From: Paracoccus suum
GTDB lineage: Bacteria > Pseudomonadota > Alphaproteobacteria > Rhodobacterales > Rhodobacteraceae
Direction: 5' to 3'
Assembly (NCBI RefSeq): GCF_003324675.1
Contig: NZ_CP030918.1
Coordinates: 1,380,001 to 1,412,000 of the forward strand
Length of the DNA: 32,000 bases
Made by a program: the position numbers and the translations under genes. Every line of letters begins with the position of its first letter. Within the stretch, counting starts at the first letter, position 1. The notes under the pieces were generated by a model that saw only the letters and a list, made by a program, of their open reading frames with translations, was not told the DNA's origin and ran no database searches. Shown in pieces: positions 7,645-16,905 of the stretch.

Positions 7645-9477
7645 ATGGCGCCCGCACCCCTTTTGCAGCTTTCGGAAATCTCGCTGACCTTCGGCGGAAA
7701 TCCGGTTTTCGACGCCCTGTCGCTGAACGTTCAGCCGGGCGACAGGATCGCGCTTGTCGGGCGCAATGGCTCGGGCAAGTCGACCCTGCTGAAGGTCATG
7801 GCCGGCCTGATCGAGCCTGACCGCGGCGCGCGGGTCGTGCCGGCCGGCATCCACGTCGGCTATATGGAGCAGGACCCCGACCTCAGCGGCTTTGAGACGC
7901 TGGGCGAATTTGCGGCGTCGGGCCTGCAGCCCGAGGAGGCGTACCGGGTCGCTATGGCGGCCGAGGGGCTGAAGTTCGATCCCGACCGGCCGACCGCCAC
8001 CGCCTCGGGCGGCGAGCGGCGGCGCGCGGCGCTGGCCAAGCTGCTGGCCGAGGCGCCCGAACTGATGCTGCTGGACGAGCCGACCAACCACCTCGATATC
8101 GAGGCCATCGCCTGGCTGGAGGCCGAGCTGTCGCAGACCCGCGCCGCCTTCGTGCTGATCAGCCACGACCGCGCCGTTCTGCGCAACCTGACCCGCGCGA
8201 CGCTGTGGCTGGACCGCGGCGAGGTTCGCCGCCAGGACCGCGGCTTCGAGGGGTTCGAGGACTGGCGCGAGGCCGTCTGGGCGGCCGAGGACGAGGCCCG
8301 GCACAAGTTGGACCGAAAGATCAAGGCCGAGGCCCGCTGGGCGGTCGAGGGCATCAGCGCGCGGCGCAAGCGCAATCAGGGCCGGGTCCGGGCGCTGGCG
8401 GCGCTGCGCGAGGAACGCTCCGGCCAGATTCGCCGGCAGGGTACCGCCGCCATGGCGCTGGACGCCGGGCAGCAGTCGGGCAAGCGCGTCATCGAGGCGC
8501 GCGGCATCAGCAAGGCATTCGGTGCGCGGCAGATCCTGGCGCCCTTCGATCTGCGCGTGATGCGCGGCGACCGGATTGCCTTTGTCGGGCCGAACGGCGT
8601 GGGCAAGACCACCCTGATCAAGATGCTGACGGGCGAGATCGCGCCGGACACCGGCTCGGTGACGCATGGCACCAACCTCGAGGTGGCGGTGTTCGACCAG
8701 GCGCGCGTCGGCATCGACGATCGCGTCAGCCTGTGGGATGCACTGACCGGCGATCCTGGAATGCGGGTCAGCGGACGGGCCGATCAGGTCATCGTGCGCG
8801 GCCAGCCGCGCCACGTAGTCGCCTACCTCAAGGACTTCCTGTTCGACGACTCGCAGGCCCGGGCGCCGGTTGGCAGCCTGTCGGGCGGCGAAAAGGCGCG
8901 ACTGCTGCTGGCGCGGATCATGGCCAGGCCGTCGAACCTGCTGGTGATGGACGAGCCGACCAACGATCTGGATATCGAGACGCTCGATCTGCTGCAGGAC
9001 ATCCTGGGCGATTACGACGGCACGGTGCTGCTGGTCAGCCACGATCGCGATTTCATCGACCGCGTTGCCGACACCACCATCGCCATGGAGGGTGACGGCC
9101 GCGCTGTGACCTACGCCGGCGGGTGGAGCGATTATCGCAGTCAGAGGGCCGCCCGGGACGAGGCGCCCGCGCCTGCCTCACCCGCCGTGCGCAGCGCCCC
9201 GGGGCCGGCAGCATCGGGGGGCGCTCGTGCGAGCGCCAGGTCCGCCGGTCTCAGCTTTACCGAACGCCACCGTCTTGAGGCGCTGCCGCAGGCCATCGCC
9301 CGCTTTGAGGCCGAGATCGCCAAGCTGCACGAGTACATGGCTGCGCCTGACCTTTACGCTACCGCACCGGCCCGCTTTGCCAAGGCGACCGAAGCCCTGG
9401 CCGAGCGCCAGGCCGCACTCGCCGCTGCCGAGGAGGAGTGGTTGGCGCTGGCTGAACGGGCTGAGGCCGCCGGCTGA
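7645..9477 (+). CDS. uup: ABC-F family ATPase (Uup-like, two ABC domains plus C-terminal coiled coil)
   Basis: 610 aa. Two Walker A motifs (GRNGSGKST, GPNGVGKTT), two LSGGE signatures, two Walker B motifs (LLLDEPTNHLD, LVMDEPTNDLD), no TM domain, and a C-terminal ERHRLEALP...EIAKLHEYMA coiled coil as in Uup. Confidence 0.85.
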   Translation: MAPAPLLQLSEISLTFGGNPVFDALSLNVQPGDRIALVGRNGSGKSTLLKVMAGLIEPDRGARVVPAGIHVGYMEQDPDLSGFETLGEFAASGLQPEEAYRVAMAAEGLKFDPDRPTATASGGERRRAALAKLLAEAPELMLLDEPTNHLDIEAIAWLEAELSQTRAAFVLISHDRAVLRNLTRATLWLDRGEVRRQDRGFEGFEDWREAVWAAEDEARHKLDRKIKAEARWAVEGISARRKRNQGRVRALAALREERSGQIRRQGTAAMALDAGQQSGKRVIEARGISKAFGARQILAPFDLRVMRGDRIAFVGPNGVGKTTLIKMLTGEIAPDTGSVTHGTNLEVAVFDQARVGIDDRVSLWDALTGDPGMRVSGRADQVIVRGQPRHVVAYLKDFLFDDSQARAPVGSLSGGEKARLLLARIMARPSNLLVMDEPTNDLDIETLDLLQDILGDYDGTVLLVSHDRDFIDRVADTTIAMEGDGRAVTYAGGWSDYRSQRAARDEAPAPASPAVRSAPGPAASGGARASARSAGLSFTERHRLEALPQAIARFEAEIAKLHEYMAAPDLYATAPARFAKATEALAERQAALAAAEEEWLALAERAEAAG

Positions 9478-10547
9478 TGGGTGCGCTGGACGGGCTGCGC
9501 GTGGTCGAGATCGCAGGTCTCGGCCCGACGCCCTTTGCCGCGATGTGGCTGGCCGATCATGGGGCGGAGGTGATCCGCCTGACGCGGCCGGGCACCGCGC
9601 ATGTGCTGGGGATGCAGCGCGATCTGCTGGACCGTGGCCGCGATTGGGTCGAACTGGACCTGAAATCCCCCGCCGGACGGGATGCGGCGCGGGCGCTGAT
9701 CTGCGCCTCCGACGCGCTGATCGAGGGTATGCGCCCCGGCGCGATGGAGCGGCTGGGGCTCGGGCCACAGGATTTTCCGGACCATCCGGCGCTTGTCTAT
9801 GGCCGCATGACCGGCTGGGGACAGACCGGCCCGCTGGCCCAAAGTGCGGGGCATGACATCACGTACCTCGCCGCGACCGGGATTCTCTCGGGTCTGGGGC
9901 CCGCCGAGCAGCCCTTGCCGCCGATGAACCTGCTCGGTGATTTCGGCGGCGGTGCGATGTATCTGGTTGCGGGGATGCTGGCCGCGCTGCTGTCGGCGCG
10001 CGTGACAGGGCGCGGCCAAGTGGTCGATGCCGCGATCACCGACGGCGTGCCGCATCTGGCCACGATGATCTGGGGGATGCGCGCCGAGGGCCAGTGGTCC
10101 GACGCCCGCACCGCCAACCTGCTGGACGGGGCGGCGCCCTTCTATACCACCTACCGCTGCCGCGATGGCGGCTGGATCGCGGTGGGCTCGATCGAGCCGC
10201 AGTTCTGGGCGCGCCTCTGCGCGGCGCTGGACCTCGATCCGGTGGCGTTGCCGGACCGGATGGACCGCGGCAACTGGCCGGCCCTGCGCGGCATCCTCGC
10301 GACCATTTTTGCCACCCGCGACCGCGACGCCTGGGCGGCAGAGCTGGAGGGGACGGAGGCCTGCGCCGGGCCGGTGCTGTCCATACCGGAGGCCGCGGCG
10401 CATCCCCACAACCTCGCCCGCGGGGTGCATGGCCCTGATGGGCCTGCCCCGGCCCCGCGATTGTCGCAAACGCCGGGCGCTATCGGTCCCGGTTCGCTCC
10501 TGACCATTGACGCGGCGCTGGCGCGTTGGGCGACACCACGGCGTTGA
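9477..10547 (+). CDS. Family III CoA-transferase (CaiB/BaiF; alpha-methylacyl-CoA racemase-like)
   Basis: 356 aa. N-terminus LDGLRVVEIAGLGPTPFAAMWLADHGAEVIRL..PG and the mid-protein GWGQTGP motif are typical of the family. TGATG overlap with the upstream ABC-F gene. Confidence 0.85.
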   Translation: MGALDGLRVVEIAGLGPTPFAAMWLADHGAEVIRLTRPGTAHVLGMQRDLLDRGRDWVELDLKSPAGRDAARALICASDALIEGMRPGAMERLGLGPQDFPDHPALVYGRMTGWGQTGPLAQSAGHDITYLAATGILSGLGPAEQPLPPMNLLGDFGGGAMYLVAGMLAALLSARVTGRGQVVDAAITDGVPHLATMIWGMRAEGQWSDARTANLLDGAAPFYTTYRCRDGGWIAVGSIEPQFWARLCAALDLDPVALPDRMDRGNWPALRGILATIFATRDRDAWAAELEGTEACAGPVLSIPEAAAHPHNLARGVHGPDGPAPAPRLSQTPGAIGPGSLLTIDAALARWATPRR

Positions 10548-10579
10548 CTTCGGCGGCGGGATACGCCATATCCCCCGGA

Positions 10580-10617
10580 CCGGCCGGGCGATCGCCCGCA
10601 GCCGGCAATTTATTTTT
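10580..10617 (+). terminator. Candidate intrinsic terminator after the CoA-transferase gene
   Basis: ccggc-cgggc-GATC-gcccg-(ca)-gccgg stem-loop (10580-10605), followed by caatttattttt. It contains the 14-nt perfect palindrome cgggcgatcgcccg. Confidence 0.5.
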
Positions 10618-10721
10618 CAATGACACCGACACGGTGCGCAGTCCGACGGCGAGGCATCTGCCTCGACAACAGCCGGTCATCCGGCGGCCACAGGGCGCGG
10701 CAAATGAAGGAAGACCGCGAC

Positions 10722-11267
10722 ATGTTCGCAGTGCTCAAGACCGGCGGCAAGCAATACCGCGTCCAGGCAGGGGATATCCTGCGCGTCGAAAAGCTGGCCG
10801 CCCTGGCCGGTGACACGGTGCAGTTCAACGACATCCTGATGGTCGGCTCGACCATTGGCGCGCCGCTGGTGGCTGGTGCCGCCGTGCAGGCCGAAGTGAT
10901 CGAGCAGATCAAGGCCGACAAGGTCATCACCTTCCACAAGCGTCGCCGCAAGCACAGCTCGCAGCGTACACGCGGCCACCGTCAGCAACTGACCCTGCTG
11001 CGCGTGACCGAAGTGCTGGAAGCTGGCGCCGACGCCTCGGGCGTCGCAGTCGCGGTCGGCACCCGCGCCACCCGCCGTGCTGGCGGCACCGATCCGACCC
11101 GCGGCGCCGGCGACGAGCGTTATGCGCTGAACAAGACCGATCAGGCCGAGATGAAGCGCCGCGTTGCCACCGGCAAGGCCAAGGCGAAATCGGTCGAGAC
11201 CGGTGCCCCGGTGGCCGACGTCCTGGCCGCTGACGACACCAACACCACTGCTGCGACGGAGGCCTGA
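10722..11267 (+). CDS. rplU: 50S ribosomal protein L21 with C-terminal extension
   Basis: [25 protein letters not shown]... is the canonical bL21 N-terminus. SD aaggaag lies 8 nt upstream of the ATG at 10722 (ORF-track start 10620 trimmed). It is followed by rpmA. Confidence 0.92.
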   Translation: MFAVLKTGGKQYRVQAGDILRVEKLAALAGDTVQFNDILMVGSTIGAPLVAGAAVQAEVIEQIKADKVITFHKRRRKHSSQRTRGHRQQLTLLRVTEVLEAGADASGVAVAVGTRATRRAGGTDPTRGAGDERYALNKTDQAEMKRRVATGKAKAKSVETGAPVADVLAADDTNTTAATEA

Positions 11268-11270
11268 TCC

Positions 11271-11543
11271 ATGGCACATAAAAAAGCAGGCGGCTCATCG
11301 CGCAACGGCCGCGATTCCGCCGGTCGGCGCCTCGGCGTCAAACTGTTCGGCGGGCAGGAAGCCATCGCCGGCAACATCATCGTGCGTCAGCGCGGCACCC
11401 AGTGGTGGCCGGGCCAGAACGTCGGAATGGGCCGCGATCACACGCTGTTTGCCCTGACCGAGGGCCGCGTGACCTTTAAAAAGGGCCTCAAGGGCCGCAC
11501 CTTTATCTCGGTTATGCCGACCATCATCGAGGCTGCCGAATAA
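11271..11543 (+). CDS. rpmA: 50S ribosomal protein L27
   Basis: 90 aa. [24 protein letters not shown]... is the invariant bL27 N-terminus. Confidence 0.96.
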   Translation: MAHKKAGGSSRNGRDSAGRRLGVKLFGGQEAIAGNIIVRQRGTQWWPGQNVGMGRDHTLFALTEGRVTFKKGLKGRTFISVMPTIIEAAE

Positions 11544-11569
11544 GCCGGGAAAAAGACAGAAATGTCTGT

Positions 11570-11601
11570 GGGGCCGGCATCAAGCCGGCCCCTTTTCGTT
11601 T
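11570..11601 (+). terminator. Rho-independent terminator of rplU-rpmA
   Basis: Perfect 9-bp GC stem ggggccggc/gccggcccc with 5-nt loop atcaa, followed by ttttcgttt. It starts 27 nt after the rpmA stop. Confidence 0.8.
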
Positions 11602-11633
11602 CGGACCACGAATTCGTGAAGAAAGTGTAAATC

Positions 11634-12206
11634 ATGAATGCCGCGCTGGATCTCGCCCTCGCCACCGATCCCGGAAACGAGCAACCGATCATCCGAACCG
11701 AGCGTCTCGTTTTGCGTCCACTGCGCCGATCGGATGTGGGTCTGATTGAACACTACACCGCCGACCGCCGCTTGGCGGAGGGCACCCGGACCATTCCCAA
11801 CCCGCTGCCGCCTGGTGCCACCGAAGCTTGGGTCATTCGTGCCATGGCAGCGTCGGCTGATCCTGATGGGGCGCATGTCTGGGCGATCGACGGCACCGAC
11901 GCCGGGCTGGCCGAGGTTCTTGGCACCGTGTCGCTGCACCGCGTCGCGCCGGAGCAGTGCGAGCTTGAGTTCTGGATCGGGCACGGCCTGTGGAACACCG
12001 GCTTTGCGACGGAGGCGGTGGCAGGGCTGCTGGCGGCGAATCCCTGCAAATGCCGCAGCTTCGTAGCCGAGACCTTCCAGGACAACCCCGGCTCGGCCCG
12101 TGTCCTGACCAATTGCGGTTTCGACTATCTGGGTGACGCGGAAAGCTGGTCGGTGGCGCGCAACATGCGCGTGCCGACCTGGACCTACGCGCGGCCGGTA
12201 GGCTGA
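11634..12206 (+). CDS. GNAT family N-acetyltransferase (RimJ/RimL-like)
   Basis: 190 aa. IRTERLVLRPLRRSDV N-terminus and GLWNTGFATEA / N.GS.RVL.NCGF motifs are typical of RimJ/RimL-type GNATs. GNAT genes commonly follow rpmA in alphaproteobacteria. Confidence 0.8.
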   Translation: MNAALDLALATDPGNEQPIIRTERLVLRPLRRSDVGLIEHYTADRRLAEGTRTIPNPLPPGATEAWVIRAMAASADPDGAHVWAIDGTDAGLAEVLGTVSLHRVAPEQCELEFWIGHGLWNTGFATEAVAGLLAANPCKCRSFVAETFQDNPGSARVLTNCGFDYLGDAESWSVARNMRVPTWTYARPVG

Positions 12207-12261
12207 ACCCTCAGCCGCCGCCACTTAACGGTCTGACGGCTGATTGGTCGGCGGCGACAGG

Positions 12262-12290
12262 AAGGGTCGGGGCACATGCCCCGGCCCTTT
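12262..12290. terminator. Bidirectional terminator-like hairpin between convergent GNAT and lipoprotein genes
   Basis: aagggtcggggc-acat-gccccggccctt: about 10-bp GC-rich stem with one T-G wobble, flanked by AA on one side and TTT on the other. It lies 5 nt beyond the minus-strand stop at 12295. Confidence 0.6.
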
Positions 12291-12294
12291 CGCG

Positions 12295-12792
12295 TCAGCG
12301 GCTGACGGACAGGCTGTTGCTGGCGCCGCTGATGACGATGCCGCGCAGCCGGGCGAGTTGCGGGGTCGTGATCGTCAACGCCGTGGTGATCGTATCCACC
12401 CGCGGGTCGGCCTGCATCCGTGCCTCGGGCTGGTCGGGCAGGGGAGGCGAGCCGACCATGCGCAGGCGCAGGATACCATCCGGGCCGGCGCGCAGCCGGC
12501 CTGCCGGCATGACCTCCTCGGTCACCAAGGCGACATCCCACCAGCCCTTGGTCGGGGCGACGCCGCTGACGACCAGCATCCGGCCTTCGGGGACGTCCTC
12601 CCAGCGGGCCGCCAGCAGGTGCGGGAAGGACTGGCGGCGGTCGCCGATGGCATAGCCCCCGTCCGGCTCCAGCGTCGTCGGTCCGGCCCTGCGGCCGCCG
12701 CCGAACCACCTGAAGGGGTTGAGGCTGGAATCGCCGCAGGCCGACAGGCCGAGGGTTGCGGTCAGCAGGATCGCAATGCTGCGTGTCATCAT
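12295..12792 (-). CDS. Predicted lipoprotein of unknown function
   Basis: 165 aa. N-terminus MMTRSIAILLTATLGLSAC has a signal peptide plus lipobox (LSAC). High third-position GC in this frame. No family recognised by eye. Confidence 0.65.
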   Translation of the reverse strand: MMTRSIAILLTATLGLSACGDSSLNPFRWFGGGRRAGPTTLEPDGGYAIGDRRQSFPHLLAARWEDVPEGRMLVVSGVAPTKGWWDVALVTEEVMPAGRLRAGPDGILRLRMVGSPPLPDQPEARMQADPRVDTITTALTITTPQLARLRGIVISGASNSLSVSR

Positions 12793-12864
12793 GGCCGGAC
12801 CGTCCCCGAAAATTTTGCATCACCCGCGTGATAGGCGATCGCCCGGCGCGGATAAAGCCCCGCG

Positions 12865-13785
12865 TCAATAGCCGCGCGTGCGGTCGACCAGATGCAGCGG
12901 CGGCTCGCCCGCTTGCACGCGGCGCAGGTTTTCAGCCACGACCTGCGCGCCGGTGGTGGGGCGGGTGTCGGCGGCGACATGCGGCGTGACGGTGACACGG
13001 CGGTTGCGCCAGAAGGGATTGCCCGGAGGCAGCGGCTCGGTCCGGAAAACGTCGAGGACGGCGTGGCCCATCCGCTCGGCATCCAGTACGGCGAGCAGGG
13101 CGTCGTCGTCGATCAGTGTGCCGCGGCCGGGATTGATGAGCGCGGCGCCTTGCGGCAGCAGCGCCAGGCGGGTCGCGTCCAGCAGGTTCTGAGTGTCAGG
13201 CGTGTCGGGCAGCAGGGCGATCAGTATCTCGGCCCGGCCCAGCGCCTCGGGCAGGGCATCGGCGCCGCCGAGGATGCGCAGCCCCTCGACCGGGCGGCCA
13301 CTGCCCGACCAGCCGACGACGTCGAATCCGACACGGGCCAGGGCGCGCATGACCTCTGATCCCAGCGCGCCTGTGCCGAGAACCGTCACCTTGCGCTCTG
13401 CCGCCAGCGGGGGGATGCAGGTGTTGCGCCAGACGCCGTCCTGGGCGTAGCGGTCCATCCGCAGATGCAGCCGCAGTGTCCAGCCGAGGCAGTATTCCAC
13501 CATCCCCGCGGTCAGCCCGGGATCGACCATCCGCGCCAGCGGCTGGGTCAAGGTCGGGTTGCCGACGATGCGCTCGACCCCGGCCCAGAGGGACTGGACC
13601 AGCCGAACATTGGTGAAGGGGCTGAAGTCGCTGATCTGGCCGGTCGGCGCATGCAGGATCGCGTCGATGGCGGCGGGATCAGGGGCGTCATGAACGATAT
13701 TGGCGAATCCTGCCGTCTCGCGCAGCAAGGGCCCTTCCCATTTTGGCCAAAGGTCCGCGCGGGCGTTCCACAGGACGTTCATCAT
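12865..13785 (-). CDS. D-isomer-specific 2-hydroxyacid dehydrogenase (glyoxylate/hydroxypyruvate reductase A-like)
   Basis: NAD-binding VTVLGTGALGSEV motif, the RGTLID segment and the TPH(V)A catalytic-His motif. Start trimmed to the ATGATG at 13785, preceded by gaggtga SD and lying 17 nt after the rodA stop (ORF-track start 13842 would overlap rodA). Confidence 0.85.
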   Translation of the reverse strand: MMNVLWNARADLWPKWEGPLLRETAGFANIVHDAPDPAAIDAILHAPTGQISDFSPFTNVRLVQSLWAGVERIVGNPTLTQPLARMVDPGLTAGMVEYCLGWTLRLHLRMDRYAQDGVWRNTCIPPLAAERKVTVLGTGALGSEVMRALARVGFDVVGWSGSGRPVEGLRILGGADALPEALGRAEILIALLPDTPDTQNLLDATRLALLPQGAALINPGRGTLIDDDALLAVLDAERMGHAVLDVFRTEPLPPGNPFWRNRRVTVTPHVAADTRPTTGAQVVAENLRRVQAGEPPLHLVDRTRGY

Positions 13786-13801
13786 CACGCTCACCTCTTG
13801 C

Positions 13802-14941
13802 TCAGCGCGGCCGATGGACATGGGCGGACTGCACCATGCCAAAGGCCATCAGTAGGATCATCAATTGGGTGCCGCCATAGCTGACCATTGGCAACGGGAC
13901 TCCGACAACCGGCATCAGGCCCATGACCATGCCCATGTTGACACCGAAATACAGGAAGAAGGTCGCGGCGATGCCGACCGTCATCAGGCTGGCGAAGCGG
14001 TCGCGGTTGGTCAGCGCCGAGTGCAGGCAGAACCCGACGATCAGCGCGTAAAGGGCCAGCAGCGACAGGCTGCCGATAAAGCCGAACTCTTCGGCCAGAG
14101 TAGTGAAGATGAAGTCGGTATGCTTTTCGGGCAGGAAATTCAGCCTCGACTGCGTCCCCTGCATGAAGCCGCGGCCCGACCAGCCACCCGAGCCGAGAGC
14201 GATCTGCGCCTGGGTGATGTTGTAGCCTGCCCCGAGCGGGTCCGAGGTCGGATCAAGGAAGGTGTCGATACGTTTGAACTGATAGTCGTGCAGCAACTGC
14301 CAAGGCGTGCCGCGGCTTTCGAGGACGGTGAACACCGCGCCGACGATCAGGGCGATGACGAAGGCGAAATACCACAGGCTTACCCCGGCGACGAAGGCGG
14401 TAAGCGCGCCACCCAGCGTCAACATGATCGAGGTGCCGAGGTCGGGCTGGATCATCACCAGCCCGGTCGGCAGCAGGATCAGGAAGATCGGGATCAGCAC
14501 CCACAGCGGGCGCGAGACCTTTTCCAGCGGCAGCCAGTCGTAATAGGCGGCCAGCATCAGCACGAGCGCGATCTTCATCAGCTCTGACGGCTGCAGCCGG
14601 ATCGGGCCGAGGTCCAGCCAGCGTTGGGCGCCCATGGTGGTGTGCCCGAACATATCGACCGCGAAGAGCATGAGGACGCAGATCACATAGGCCGGCACCG
14701 CGATCGAGCGCCAGAACCATATCGGCACGAAGGACAGACCCACCATCGCGACCATGCCGACCGCAAAGCGTTCCATCTGGGGCTCGGCCCAGGCCTCGAG
14801 GCGGCCGCCGCCGACTGAATACAGCATCAGAAAGCCGGTGCATGCGACCGCCGTGATCAGCAGGACCAGCGGCCAGTTCAGATACAGGATCTTGCGCCAG
14901 CCGGTAGGCGTCGTTGTGACCTGATAGTTCAGATAGCTCAT
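13802..14941 (-). CDS. rodA: Rod shape-determining SEDS protein RodA (peptidoglycan glycosyltransferase)
   Basis: 379 aa polytopic membrane protein of the FtsW/RodA/SpoVE family (...LPEKHTDFIFT..EE.GF.G... PLP.VSYGG). It is the last gene of the mre-mrd operon. Confidence 0.93.
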   Translation of the reverse strand: MSYLNYQVTTTPTGWRKILYLNWPLVLLITAVACTGFLMLYSVGGGRLEAWAEPQMERFAVGMVAMVGLSFVPIWFWRSIAVPAYVICVLMLFAVDMFGHTTMGAQRWLDLGPIRLQPSELMKIALVLMLAAYYDWLPLEKVSRPLWVLIPIFLILLPTGLVMIQPDLGTSIMLTLGGALTAFVAGVSLWYFAFVIALIVGAVFTVLESRGTPWQLLHDYQFKRIDTFLDPTSDPLGAGYNITQAQIALGSGGWSGRGFMQGTQSRLNFLPEKHTDFIFTTLAEEFGFIGSLSLLALYALIVGFCLHSALTNRDRFASLMTVGIAATFFLYFGVNMGMVMGLMPVVGVPLPMVSYGGTQLMILLMAFGMVQSAHVHRPR

Positions 14942-14952
14942 CGCGAGGCCTT

Positions 14953-16905
14953 TCAGGCGCGGCTGGGGCCGGCGGGCGGCTCGGCTGCGACGGTCGCGGG
15001 GGCAAGGCGCATCTGCTTGCGCTGTTCATCGATCTTGCCCCGCTGCCCCGGCGGGTATGCGGCCAACGGGGGCAGGCCGCCCGCGAGGGCGAACAGCAGG
15101 ATGTCACGCGCAACGGGGGCCGCGACAGCGCTGCCGCCGCCGCCATGCTCGATGATCAGCGACACGGCGATGCGCGGCGCCTGGACCGGGGCGTAACAGA
15201 CGAACAAAGCGTGGTCGCGCCGTCCCCAGGGCAGTTGCTCGTTGCGGATGACGCCGCGGGCACGCTCGGCCGCGGTGATGTTGCGCACCTGCGAGGTGCC
15301 GGTCTTGCCCGCCATGCGCCAGTCGTCGAGCACGATCTTTGCCCCCGCGGCAGTGCCGTGCTTGCCGTTCATCACCGCGTCCATGCCGCCGCGGGCGACG
15401 GCGAGGTGGCGCGGGTTGATCCCGAGGTCGGGGAAATCGGGCACAGGCACCGGTACGCCGTCCTTGGCGCGGATCAGCCGCGGCTCGATCGCGCGGCCGC
15501 TGGCGACACGTGCCGTCATCACCGCCAGTTGCAGGGGCGATGCCAGCACATAACCCTGACCGATCGAGGCGTTCAGCGAATCGCCGACCTGCCATTCCTG
15601 ATCGTAGCGCGCCCGTTTCCAGGCGCGGTCGGGGGCGATCCCCTCGGCCACGGCGGACATCGGCAGATCATGGCGCACGCCGATCCCGAGGCGCTTGGCC
15701 ATGGCACCGATGCGGTCAATGCCGACCCGCTGGGCCAGTTCGTAGTAGTAGACGTCGCAGGAGTGCTCGAGGCTGCCGACGGCATTGACGCTGCCATGCC
15801 CGCCGCGACGCCAGCAGTGGAACTTGCGGCCGCCGACCTCCAGGTGACCGGGGCAGTAAAAGTGATCGTTCGGCCCGATCACCCCGGCGTCGAGCCCGGC
15901 CAGCAGCGTCACCGGTTTGAATGTCGAGCCGGGGGGATAGACACCCTGCACCGTCTTGTCCGTCAGGGGGCGATGGTCGTGCTCGATCAACGCCTTGTAA
16001 TCTCGCGAAGAAATGCCACGCACGAACAGGTTCGGGTCAAAGCCGGGCGACGACGCGATGGCGAGGATATCGCCGGTGACGATGTCCATCGCCACCGCTG
16101 CACCGCTTTCCTCGCCAAGGCGGGCCATAGCGTAGTTCTGCAACGCGGCGTCGATGGTCAGCTGGACTGTCGCGCCCTGCTGCCCCTCCTGGCGCGACAA
16201 CTCGCGCATCTCGCGGCCGGCGCTGTTGACCTCGACGCGGCGGGCGCCAGCCTTGCCGCGCAGCGTTTCCTCCAGTTTGGCTTCGATACCGACTTTGCCG
16301 AACTGGAACTCGGGCAGCATCAGGACGGGGTCGGGCGCGGTCATCTTGGACAGGTCGTAGTCCGAAACCGGGCCGACATAGCCCATGGCGTGCGCGAAAT
16401 CGCTGCCACGAGGGTAGACACGGCTGAGGCCAGCCTCGGTCGCGACGCCGGGCAGCGCGGGGGCATTGACCGCGATGGCCGAGAACTCCTCCCAGCTGAG
16501 GCGGTCACGCACAGCGATCGGGGTCGATGGGCTGCGTTTGGCGATCTCCTCCAGCAGCTTGTCGCGCTCGGCTTGCGAGATCGGGATCAGGCGTGCCAGC
16601 CGGTCCAGAACCGCGGGAACGTCGCCGGCTTCCTCGCGGGTAATGGTCACCCGGTAGTTCGCTTCGTTGCCGGCAATCACCAATCCCGCGCGATCAAGGA
16701 TCAGCCCGCGGGCTGGCGGCAGCAGCCGGATCTTGATCGAGTTGCCGTCCGACAGCATGCGGAACTCGTCCGCCCGGCGCACCTGAAGCGAGCGCAGGCG
16801 TGCCGCGAGAATGCCGACCACACCCAGTTGCAAACCGCCCATCATCATCGCCCGGCGCGAGATGACGCGGTTGCTGTCGATGATATCCTTGGGCGAGCGT
16901 CTCAT
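14953..16905 (-). CDS. mrdA: Penicillin-binding protein 2 (elongasome transpeptidase)
   Basis: SxxK motif (PGSTFKP), SxN (SCDVY region) and KTGT motif (AGKTGTSQV). Start trimmed to the ATG at 16905, which overlaps the mreD stop as ATGA (ORF-track start 17115 lies inside mreD). Confidence 0.93.
   Translation of the reverse strand: MRRSPKDIIDSNRVISRRAMMMGGLQLGVVGILAARLRSLQVRRADEFRMLSDGNSIKIRLLPPARGLILDRAGLVIAGNEANYRVTITREEAGDVPAVLDRLARLIPISQAERDKLLEEIAKRSPSTPIAVRDRLSWEEFSAIAVNAPALPGVATEAGLSRVYPRGSDFAHAMGYVGPVSDYDLSKMTAPDPVLMLPEFQFGKVGIEAKLEETLRGKAGARRVEVNSAGREMRELSRQEGQQGATVQLTIDAALQNYAMARLGEESGAAVAMDIVTGDILAIASSPGFDPNLFVRGISSRDYKALIEHDHRPLTDKTVQGVYPPGSTFKPVTLLAGLDAGVIGPNDHFYCPGHLEVGGRKFHCWRRGGHGSVNAVGSLEHSCDVYYYELAQRVGIDRIGAMAKRLGIGVRHDLPMSAVAEGIAPDRAWKRARYDQEWQVGDSLNASIGQGYVLASPLQLAVMTARVASGRAIEPRLIRAKDGVPVPVPDFPDLGINPRHLAVARGGMDAVMNGKHGTAAGAKIVLDDWRMAGKTGTSQVRNITAAERARGVIRNEQLPWGRRDHALFVCYAPVQAPRIAVSLIIEHGGGGSAVAAPVARDILLFALAGGLPPLAAYPPGQRGKIDEQRKQMRLAPATVAAEPPAGPSRA

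Noticed and set aside
10650-10665. Hairpin cgaggc-atct-gcctcg in the rplU 5' region, considered as an L21-leader-type regulatory RNA. It also contains CATCTG.
   Set aside because: It is a short 6-bp stem with no further structure I can see. The known L21 leader is, to my knowledge, described from Firmicutes and cannot be recognised here by eye. CATCTG lacks a -35 box at 17-nt spacing, so this is probably coincidental.
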